From a virus (taxonomy: Duplodnaviria > Caudoviricetes), in the IMG/VR virus record IMGVR_UViG_3300037751_000524, positions 1 through 30,170 of that record: a stretch of DNA of 30,170 nucleotides; one strand, written 5' to 3'. The notes under the pieces were generated by a model. That model worked only from the letters and a program-made list of their open reading frames with translations. It had not been told where the DNA came from and did no database searches. Position numbers and translations under genes: made by a program. Each line of letters begins with the position of its first letter. The stretch's first letter is position 1. Positions 1-7,771 of the stretch are shown in pieces.

Positions 1-1
1 G

Positions 2-142
2 TCCGGCGACTACATCGAGACCGTGGAGGGGAACACCAACGGCAGGGGAGACCGGGACAGCGAATCCGGCGACGGCGTCTGGCGCAAACGGCGGCACCAT
101 TCGCTGGTCAAATGCTACCTGCGGATGGTCGCCCTTGGCTGA
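2..142 (+). CDS. Endolysin C-terminus, CHAP-type peptidoglycan hydrolase (5'-partial)
   Basis: Manual translation SGDYIETVEGNTNGRGDRDSESGDGVWRKRR...; TVEGNT resembles the C-terminal CHAP motif; directly upstream of a holin-like gene. Confidence 0.7.
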   Translation, partial: SGDYIETVEGNTNGRGDRDSESGDGVWRKRRHHSLVKCYLRMVALG

Positions 143-256
143 CGGCAAGTGCGCCAACAGCCGCAACACGGCCGGCACCTGCCCCGCCGCCGGCAAGGGG
201 GCGTTGATCTGCAAAGGCACCGACTGCCCGGGCTGGGTGAAGAAGGGAGGACGCAA

Positions 257-475
257 ATGAACTGGGGAAATGTTGGCACCAACTTTCTAGCCATTCTGGT
301 CTACGCGCAGACGGTCTACCCCGGCCTCAGCGGCGAGACCCTGCTCGCCGCCCTGACCGACGGCACCTGGCTGCCCAAGGCCATCAACCTGGCGCTGATG
401 TATTTTCTGTTTCTGGCCCGCCGGCAGCCGCCCGCGCACATCGACGTCACCCCGCCGCAGGAGTTGCCGCAATGA
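257..475 (+). CDS. Putative holin (small protein, two hydrophobic segments)
   Basis: RBS GGGAGG before ATG 257; hydrophobic stretches FLAILVYA and AINLALMYFLFLA; next to endolysin. Confidence 0.5.
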   Translation: MNWGNVGTNFLAILVYAQTVYPGLSGETLLAALTDGTWLPKAINLALMYFLFLARRQPPAHIDVTPPQELPQ

Positions 476-879
476 CCATTTGCTACCGTGACGGCTACAA
501 ATACCAGCTCGCCGCCGAATACCGGGTGCAGACGACGCTGCGGCCGCCCTGGGTGGTCAAGAGCGACTTCCTGCTGCTCAAGCCCGACGGCCTGCTGGTG
601 ATCCGCAAGGGCTACGCCTGGGACGGGCCGAGCGGTCCGACCATCGACACCCGCTCCTCCATGCGCGGCTCGCTGGTGCACGACGCCCTCTACCAGATGA
701 TTCGCGAGGGGCTGCTGCCGGCCACCGCCCGGCTGCGGGCGGACGAGGAACTGCGCCGGCTCTGCATCGAGGACGGCATGTGGAAGTGGCGGGCGGCCCT
801 CTGGTTCCGGGCCGTGAGCAAGGCCGCCGCCGGTGCCGCCGATCCCGCCCACGACCGGGTGGTCTACGCCGCCCCGTAA
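472..879 (+). CDS. DUF1353-like phage protein
   Basis: Motifs GYAWDGPSGP, SLVHDALY, ADEELRRLC typical of DUF1353; ATGA overlap with previous gene. Confidence 0.75.
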   Translation: MTICYRDGYKYQLAAEYRVQTTLRPPWVVKSDFLLLKPDGLLVIRKGYAWDGPSGPTIDTRSSMRGSLVHDALYQMIREGLLPATARLRADEELRRLCIEDGMWKWRAALWFRAVSKAAAGAADPAHDRVVYAAP

Positions 880-894
880 ACAAGGAGACCCCCC

Positions 895-1281
895 ATGAAA
901 AAGCTGTCCGCCCTGCTCGTCGTTTTCGCCTTCGCTCTCGGTGCATGCTCCACGCTGGTCGCCCTCGCCGAGCCGCCCACCGGGGTGATGACCGCCGAGG
1001 CGGTCCACCAGGTGCTCCGGAACAAGCCCGAATGGGTCAAGCCCGCCCAGGACATCGCCGCCGCGGTCATGGCGCAGGCCGGCCCCGCCCCGACGCTGGA
1101 CGAGCTGGAGAGCCTGGCCCGGGCCGAGATCGATCAGCGCTACGCCTCGCCCGAGATCCGCCGCGAGGGCTACGCGTACGTCGCCAAGGTCCGGCGGGGG
1201 CTGGAGACTGACCTCGCCGCCAACGGCGCCTTGAACCTGCTCGAAATCGTCGCCTGGCTGGCGACCATCACCGGGGCCTAG
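895..1281 (+). CDS. Lipoprotein, possible spanin
   Basis: MKKLSALLVVFAFALGAC lipobox, RBS AAGGAG, hydrophobic C-terminus, lysis-cassette position. Confidence 0.6.
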   Translation: MKKLSALLVVFAFALGACSTLVALAEPPTGVMTAEAVHQVLRNKPEWVKPAQDIAAAVMAQAGPAPTLDELESLARAEIDQRYASPEIRREGYAYVAKVRRGLETDLAANGALNLLEIVAWLATITGA

Positions 1282-1286
1282 CGCCG

Positions 1287-1754
1287 ATGAAACGCCAGCA
1301 GATCATCGAAGCCCTCGCCGCCCGGCTCAAGTCCATCCGCATCGGCGACCAGGTGACCATCGACGGGCAGGCCTACACCTACCAGTCGGACATCGGCCGC
1401 AAGGTTTTCGAGTGGCGAACCACCGACCTGACGCCGGGCGAGGGGGAGATGCTCTGCTTCTGGGACCCGATCCTCGACCCCGACGAAGAGAGCGCCAGCA
1501 TCGGCCACCTCAACCACGCCCTGCAGGTTTTTATCGAGTACGTGGCCGAGAAGCAGCGCCCGGAGATGGCCCGCAAGGTCATGGCCGACGTCCGCGCCGC
1601 GGTGGGCACAGACGGCACCTTCGGGGGCCTGGCCGACGGGACCAGCATCGTCCGGGTCGGCAACGACCTCAAGGCGGTGCTCGCCGACCGCAGCCTGGCC
1701 GGCATGCTCTGCGTGCTGGAAATCCGCTATTCAACGCCCCGCTGGGAAATGTAA
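1287..1754 (+). CDS. Tail terminator/completion protein
   Basis: 155 aa, MKRQQIIEALAARL start and DGTFGGLA motif; immediately upstream of the tail tube gene. Confidence 0.65.
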   Translation: MKRQQIIEALAARLKSIRIGDQVTIDGQAYTYQSDIGRKVFEWRTTDLTPGEGEMLCFWDPILDPDEESASIGHLNHALQVFIEYVAEKQRPEMARKVMADVRAAVGTDGTFGGLADGTSIVRVGNDLKAVLADRSLAGMLCVLEIRYSTPRWEM

Positions 1755-1777
1755 CGACACCATAAAGGAGAGCCGCC

Positions 1778-2746
1778 ATGGCACAGGCACAGGGAAGCAG
1801 CAGCCAGATCGTCATCCAGGAAGAGACCACGTTCAAGACCGACCCAGTCACGCCCAACGTCTACCGCATCCATTTCATCTCCGAGTCGCTGCGCTACAGC
1901 CGCGGGCTGGAGACCTCCGAGACCATCCAGGCAAACCGCAACCCGGGAGCGCCGGCCCGCCTCGACTCCGACGTCGCCGGCGACATCACGGTGGAGCTGC
2001 AGGCCTACATCGGTCTTTTGCTCAAGGGGCTTTTCGGCTCGGTAACGACCAGCGGCGCCAGCTCCCCCTACACGCACACGTTCAAGATCGGCAGCTCACT
2101 GCCCTCCTTCGTGGTGGAGAAGGGCTTCACCGACCTCGGCCACTATTTCAAGTACAACGGCGTCAAAGTCAACCGCTGCTCCTTCGATATCACCCGGGCC
2201 GGCTTCCAGCGCATGGCCTTCGGCCTGCTCGGGGCCAAGGAAACCGTCGGCACCGACCCCTTCGACGCCACACCGACCGACCTCGGGAAGAAGAGCTTCG
2301 ACGGTTTCGCCATCGCCACGCTCGAAGAGGGCGGCAGCGCCATCGCCAACGTCACCGCGATCACCGGGCTGACCATCGAGAACGACCTCGACCCCGACTC
2401 CTACGTCCTCGGCGGGTTGGGCGAGCGCGTCTCGCTGCCGGCCGGCCGGGTCAAAGTGACGGGGACCATCACCGCCCTCTTCGAAAACCTCACCCTCTAC
2501 AACAAGGCGAAGAACAACACCGAAAGCAGCCTCAAGGTCGTCTTCAATCTCGGTACCGGGGCCGGCACCGCCGGCAACGAGTCGCTTGAGTTCAAGATCT
2601 CCGAGCTGATCTACAGCCCGAACGCCCCGGTCATCTCCGGGCCCCGCGGCGTGCTGGTCGAGCAGCCCTTCGAGGCCTACTACGACGACGGCGCCGAGGC
2701 GACCAGCATCCAGTGCATCCTGAAAAGCAGCCAGGCCGCCATCTGA
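1778..2746 (+). CDS. Major tail tube protein
   Basis: 322 aa, strong RBS; YTHTFKIGSSLPSFVVEKGF, LTIENDL and VTGTITALFEN resemble siphophage tail tube proteins. Confidence 0.85.
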   Translation: MAQAQGSSSQIVIQEETTFKTDPVTPNVYRIHFISESLRYSRGLETSETIQANRNPGAPARLDSDVAGDITVELQAYIGLLLKGLFGSVTTSGASSPYTHTFKIGSSLPSFVVEKGFTDLGHYFKYNGVKVNRCSFDITRAGFQRMAFGLLGAKETVGTDPFDATPTDLGKKSFDGFAIATLEEGGSAIANVTAITGLTIENDLDPDSYVLGGLGERVSLPAGRVKVTGTITALFENLTLYNKAKNNTESSLKVVFNLGTGAGTAGNESLEFKISELIYSPNAPVISGPRGVLVEQPFEAYYDDGAEATSIQCILKSSQAAI

Positions 2747-3249
2747 TGAACGACCTGGTGAAACACTACCGCATCGGCGGGCGCGCCTACGAGCAGCGCC
2801 CGCTGGTGCTGGCCGAATTCGGCCGGCTGGCCGGCGTGCTGCGGGGTCTCACCCTGCCGGCCTCGCCCGCCGAGGTCGATATCCTGCTCGCCTTGGGCGA
2901 CCACCTCACCCTCGCCCTGGCGATCGTGCTGCGCCGTCGCCGGATCTGGCCGCTTTCCCTGCTCGAAACCCCGCAGAGAAAGAGCCTCGGACGGCTCGCC
3001 CGGCACCTGGCGCTGCACGCCGATGCGGCCACCGTGCGGGAGGTGGTCCACGATTTTTTTACCTGCAACCCGGTTGCCTCGATCTCGGCAGAGATGAAAG
3101 AAGCGATGGCGGCCGGGGGGATCACGACGGAATCGAGGACCTCCTCGTCCTGCTCTGCGGCGGCGACCCCGGGAAAAGAGACGCCGTCCTCTGGAACTTC
3201 GAGGTGCGCCACCTCAAGCGATGGGTCAAGCATCGCGCCCGCGAGCTGA
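2746..3249 (+). CDS. Tail assembly chaperone (gpG-like)
   Basis: Between tube and tape measure genes; TGATG coupling; DFF motif followed by Ser-rich tail. Confidence 0.7.
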   Translation: MNDLVKHYRIGGRAYEQRPLVLAEFGRLAGVLRGLTLPASPAEVDILLALGDHLTLALAIVLRRRRIWPLSLLETPQRKSLGRLARHLALHADAATVREVVHDFFTCNPVASISAEMKEAMAAGGITTESRTSSSCSAAATPGKETPSSGTSRCATSSDGSSIAPAS

Positions 3250-3395
3250 CCTTTCGCGAGGCGGTGCTCGCCTTCCTCGGCGTCAAACCCGACGGCGAAC
3301 CCGTCACGGCGCAAGAGAAATACTGCCGGGCCTGCCGCGAGTCGGGCCTTGACGACTGTGCCAGTTGCAGCAAACAGATCGGAGCGCTGAACTGA
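3054..3395 (+). CDS. -1 frameshift extension of tail chaperone (gpT-like)
   Basis: -1 frame is open from T TTT TTT (3054-3060) to TGA 3395, which overlaps the tape measure ATG; second slippery heptamer G GGA AAA at 3171-3177. Confidence 0.65.
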   Translation, partial: FFYLQPGCLDLGRDERSDGGRGDHDGIEDLLVLLCGGDPGKRDAVLWNFEVRHLKRWVKHRARELTFREAVLAFLGVKPDGEPVTAQEKYCRACRESGLDDCASCSKQIGALN

Positions 3396-5656
3396 TGGGC
3401 GATAAACAGGTCAAGCTGATCATCACCGCTTTTGCCAACCAGGCCGAGGCCGAACTCAAGCGATTCGGCGGCGTGGCGACCAAGCTCGGCGGCGTGCTGG
3501 CTGCCGCTTTTTCGGTCCAGGCGATCACCAGTTTTGCCAAGGCCAGCATCGACGCCGCCGACCAGATGTCCAAGATGTCGCAGAGCGCCGGCGTCTCGGT
3601 CGAGCAGCTCTCCTCCCTGGGGCACGCCGCCAATCTCGCCGACGTTCCCCTGGAGAGCTTGGGCAAGTCGCTCGGTAGGTTAGCCGTCGGGATGGCCGAC
3701 ACGCTCAAGGGTACCGGCGAAGCCAAGGACGCCTTCCAGGCGCTCGGCATTTCGGTCACCACCGCAGACGGCAACCTTCGCAGCTCCGACGACGTTCTCA
3801 AGGACATCGCCGAGAGATTCGCCGGGATGGAGGATGGCGCCGGCAAGACCGCCCTCGCCATCAAGATTTTCGGCCGGTCCGGCGCCGCTCTGATTCCCCT
3901 GCTGAATGCCGGGGCGGCGGGCCTGGCCGACATGCAGGCGGAAGCCGCCGCCATGGGTCTGACCCTCAGCACGGAGACGGCACAGGCAGCCGAGCAGTTC
4001 AACGACAATCTGACCCGGATGAAAGGCTCGCTGCAGGGGGTTGCCAATCAGATACTGGCGGAAACCCTGCCGACATTGAACAAGCTCTCCGACTCGATGG
4101 TTGAGAACGCGAAAAGCACTAACGACATCGTACCGGCCGCCGAGGCCGCTAACACGGCGCTGAAAGTGCTGCTCTCGGTCGGCCTGCTGATGAAGACCAC
4201 GTATGACGCCGCCGCCGGCTCGCTCAACACCTTTGCCGTTGCGCTGCTGTCCTTGGTCAAGCTGGACTTGAGCGGGGCGTGGTCCCGCTGGCAGGGCGGC
4301 TGGGAAGGCGTCTTTGACAACGCGAAAGAGAACGTCGAGCGCATCACCGGTCTGTGGGAGAAGGTCAACCAGTCCGGCCAACGCTTCCCTGTGCCGCCGC
4401 CGCCCAAGACCCCGGCCCCGAACCTGCCCAAAGAGGGCAAGGGCGGCAAGGACAAGGCCGCCGAAGCCGCCAAGCGCCTCGCCGAAGAATGGCAGAAAAC
4501 CCGCGCCTCGCTCACCCTCGATACCGCCAAGCTGGGGATGGATGAATTCGAGCAGAAGGTGGTCGACCTCGCCGTCAAGGTACAGGAGCTGCGCGAGAAG
4601 TTCGGTCCTTCCGAAGTTATCGACAACTGGTTCGCCGCCCAACTCAAACAGATCGATGTCGAGCGCATCAAGCAGGCGACCGAAGAGACGAAGAAACTCG
4701 CCGAAGCCCAGCGCGCCGCCCGCGAGGACGCGATCAAGAGCCAGCTCGCCGCGGTCGACCTCGCCGAGCGCGAGCGCAGCATCACCCGCGAGGACGCCGG
4801 GCAGAAGCGCATCGCCCTGCAGCGCGAACTGCTGGAGCTACAGCAGCGCTACCAGAACCAGATCGACAAGCTCAAAGACCCCGCCGGCTGGTACGCCCAG
4901 CAGGACGCCATCAACGGCACCCGCGCCGCCCTGGTCGACCTGAACGACGAGATGCAGCGGCTCACCGGCAGCGAGACCGAAGGCATGGCGCGCGGTTTTG
5001 CCAACTACACCGAGACCGCCCGAACCGAGTTCGAAAACGGCGTGAAGCTCGCCGAAGATACCGCGAGCGCCATGGAGGGGACCTTCGAGACGGTTTTCTT
5101 CGACGGCATGCGCGGCCAGTTTGAAAGCCTCGGCGACTACGTCGACGCCTTTTTGCGCTCGATGCAGCAGTCGGTGGCGCAGGTGCTGGCGCAGATGGCG
5201 ACGAACCAACTGATCAACTTCGGCATTGGCGCCCTGGGCGGGGCCATGGGTGGCGGGGTCGGCGGAGCGACGGCGGGCAGCTCGGTTTACGCGGCCGGCA
5301 CGGCACCGACGGCGGGCAGTGCCTTCCTGGTCAACGCCAAAGGCAACGCCTTTGACCGCGGGCGGGTCACACCCTTTGCCCGCGGCGGCGTCGTGGTCAA
5401 GCCGACCATCTTCCCCATGGCGAACGGCGCGGGGCTGATGGGTGAGGCTGGACCCGAGGGCATCCTGCCGCTGCAGCGCGTTGGGGGAAAACTCGGCGTC
5501 ACCGCCGCCGGCCTGGGCAGCAAGCAGACGGTGATCAACAGCCGGCCGACCTACAACATCGTCACCAACAACCCGAGCGACGTGCGCCGCGCCATCGGCC
5601 AGGAGACGGCCCGGCAGGCGCGGATGCTGAAAGCCGCCGACCGGAGGAACAACTGA
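3395..5656 (+). CDS. Tape measure protein
   Basis: About 750 aa, Ala-rich and helical; IFGRSGAALIPLLN and C-terminal FARGGVV...GLMGEAGPEGILPL motifs. Confidence 0.92.
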   Translation: MGDKQVKLIITAFANQAEAELKRFGGVATKLGGVLAAAFSVQAITSFAKASIDAADQMSKMSQSAGVSVEQLSSLGHAANLADVPLESLGKSLGRLAVGMADTLKGTGEAKDAFQALGISVTTADGNLRSSDDVLKDIAERFAGMEDGAGKTALAIKIFGRSGAALIPLLNAGAAGLADMQAEAAAMGLTLSTETAQAAEQFNDNLTRMKGSLQGVANQILAETLPTLNKLSDSMVENAKSTNDIVPAAEAANTALKVLLSVGLLMKTTYDAAAGSLNTFAVALLSLVKLDLSGAWSRWQGGWEGVFDNAKENVERITGLWEKVNQSGQRFPVPPPPKTPAPNLPKEGKGGKDKAAEAAKRLAEEWQKTRASLTLDTAKLGMDEFEQKVVDLAVKVQELREKFGPSEVIDNWFAAQLKQIDVERIKQATEETKKLAEAQRAAREDAIKSQLAAVDLAERERSITREDAGQKRIALQRELLELQQRYQNQIDKLKDPAGWYAQQDAINGTRAALVDLNDEMQRLTGSETEGMARGFANYTETARTEFENGVKLAEDTASAMEGTFETVFFDGMRGQFESLGDYVDAFLRSMQQSVAQVLAQMATNQLINFGIGALGGAMGGGVGGATAGSSVYAAGTAPTAGSAFLVNAKGNAFDRGRVTPFARGGVVVKPTIFPMANGAGLMGEAGPEGILPLQRVGGKLGVTAAGLGSKQTVINSRPTYNIVTNNPSDVRRAIGQETARQARMLKAADRRNN

Positions 5657-6300
5657 TGGCCTTTCTCGATGTCCGCTTCCCCGTCGATATCAGTTACGGC
5701 AGCGCCGGCGGCCCCGGCTACCAGACGACCGTGGTCACTACGCAGGGCGGCCGCGAGTACCGCAACTCCCAGCGCTCGATGCCCCTTTATGAGTACAACG
5801 CCGCCTGCGGAGTGAAAAGCCGGGCACAGATGGCCGCCCTGTCCAATTTTTTCAACGCCGTCGGCGGCCGGGCGCATTCCTTCCGCTGGAAAGACCACCT
5901 CGATTTCAAGAGCTGCCTGCTGGCCGCCACCCCGGCGGCGCTAGATCAGGCGATCGGCACCGGCGACGGCACCACCGCCGCCTTCCAGCTTAAAAAAACC
6001 TACACCGAAGGGGCGCTCTCCCGCGTGCGGACGATCCTCAAACCGGTCTCCGGCACGGTGCTGGTCGCCGTGGCCGGCGTCGTCAAGACGGTCACCACCC
6101 ACTACACCGTCGACCACGCGACCGGCCTCGTGACGTTTACCGCCGGCAACATCCCGACCGCAGGGCAATCCGTGACGGCGGGGTACGAATTCGACGTGCC
6201 GGCCCGCTTCGATATCGATTCCCTGCGCGACCTCACCTGGGATTCCTACGACATCCTTTCGGCACAGATCCCCGTCCTCGAGGTGCGCGATGCCGCGTAA
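5656..6300 (+). CDS. Distal tail protein, DUF2460 (GTA g12-like)
   Basis: RFPVDISYGSAGGPGYQT, FRWKDHLD, GTGDGTTAAFQLKKTY, AGYEFDVPARFD. Confidence 0.9.
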   Translation: MAFLDVRFPVDISYGSAGGPGYQTTVVTTQGGREYRNSQRSMPLYEYNAACGVKSRAQMAALSNFFNAVGGRAHSFRWKDHLDFKSCLLAATPAALDQAIGTGDGTTAAFQLKKTYTEGALSRVRTILKPVSGTVLVAVAGVVKTVTTHYTVDHATGLVTFTAGNIPTAGQSVTAGYEFDVPARFDIDSLRDLTWDSYDILSAQIPVLEVRDAA

Positions 6301-7771
6301 TTTCAGCGCCGCCCTCAAAGCCCACCTGGCGCAGCCCTCGACCACGCTGACCACCTGCTGGCAGATCACCCGCCGCGACGGCACGGTGCACCGCTACACC
6401 GCCCTGGATGCCGACCTCACCATCGGCGCCGACGTTTTCAGCAGCATCGGCGCCCCCTACTCGGCGACCAGCTACAGCGGCAACACCGATCTTTCGGTCG
6501 ACAACCTGGATATCGACTGGCTCTTCGGCGACATCTCCCGGCAGGACATCCTGGCGGGGCTGCTCGACGACGCCGAGGTGCGCTTCTGGCTGGTCAACTG
6601 GCAGGACCCCGACGCCTCGGGAAAGATGCTGCGCGGCTGGACCGGCGAGCTCACCGTCACCGACGACGGCATCAAGGGGGAGCTTCGGGGGATGCTTCAA
6701 CGGCTCCAGCAGCGCACGGGATTGATCGTCTCGCCCGGCTGCCGCTACGATCTCGGAGATGCGCGCTGCGGCATCGATCTCGAAGCGCTGGCCGTGGAAA
6801 GCACGACCACGGAGGTGGGATTTACCACCGACTTTGCCGACGACTCCCTGGGGACGCCGCCGGTGGGATGGACACAGCGGTACAGCACGGTCAACGCGAC
6901 TTTTGAGGTAGCCGCCGATGCGACGGCCCCCAGCGGCAAGACCGTCAATATCAATACACCTTCCGGGGCCTCGTCGACGCCGCACATCCTGACGCTCGAC
7001 GGGTTTTCCGCCGCCGATTGCGAGGTTTTGGCGCTGGTCCGCCCGCATGTGAGGTATTACGACCCCATCCACATTATCGTGCGCGGCAGCGGGGAGACGG
7101 GGAGCGAGACGTACTACTGCGCCGCCCTCTACTATACGAACATGATTCGCATCGGCCGGCTGAACGCCGGGGTTTCCAACACCATCGCCAGTGCGTCCTT
7201 CAATTACAGCGAAAACACCCGCTACTGGATACGTTTTCGGGCGGTCGGCACCAGCCTCAAATTCAAAATGTGGCTTTATGGGGCGGCGGAGCCCGGTGCG
7301 TGGAATGTGGAGACGACCAACAGCAGCATCACCGCCGCCGGGTGGACGGGGTTCGGCAACAAGAATACGCTCAGCCGGGACGGCGACGTGGCCTGGTTCG
7401 GGGTTTCGACCAACGGCGAGACGGTTCCGGTGCCGGGGACGGAGTCCAACTACTCGGATCGTTTTTATGATACCGCCCGCACGGAGGCAACGGGCTATTT
7501 CAACGGCGGGCTGGTGACGTTTCTGGACGGGGACAATGCCGGGCTGGGGATGGAGGTCAAGGACTACAACCAATCATCCAATCTCATCACCCTGTACGAG
7601 CCGCTTTTCTACGCCATCGCACCGGGGGCGGCCTACCGCATCACGCCGGGGTGCGACAAGGTGTTTGCCACCTGCCGCGATACTTACGACAACGCCCTCG
7701 TCTTTGGCGGCGAGCCGCACCTGCCGGGGTACGATGTGGTCCTCCAGCGCAAGCAGGGGGGCGTCGTATGA
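6290..7771 (+). CDS. Baseplate hub, DUF2163/BR0599 family (GTA g13-like), with about 200 aa insertion
   Basis: CWQITRRDG, CRYDLGDARCGIDL and C-terminal GCDKVFATCRDTYDNALVFGGEPHLPG. Confidence 0.85.
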   Translation: MPRNFSAALKAHLAQPSTTLTTCWQITRRDGTVHRYTALDADLTIGADVFSSIGAPYSATSYSGNTDLSVDNLDIDWLFGDISRQDILAGLLDDAEVRFWLVNWQDPDASGKMLRGWTGELTVTDDGIKGELRGMLQRLQQRTGLIVSPGCRYDLGDARCGIDLEALAVESTTTEVGFTTDFADDSLGTPPVGWTQRYSTVNATFEVAADATAPSGKTVNINTPSGASSTPHILTLDGFSAADCEVLALVRPHVRYYDPIHIIVRGSGETGSETYYCAALYYTNMIRIGRLNAGVSNTIASASFNYSENTRYWIRFRAVGTSLKFKMWLYGAAEPGAWNVETTNSSITAAGWTGFGNKNTLSRDGDVAWFGVSTNGETVPVPGTESNYSDRFYDTARTEATGYFNGGLVTFLDGDNAGLGMEVKDYNQSSNLITLYEPLFYAIAPGAAYRITPGCDKVFATCRDTYDNALVFGGEPHLPGYDVVLQRKQGGVV

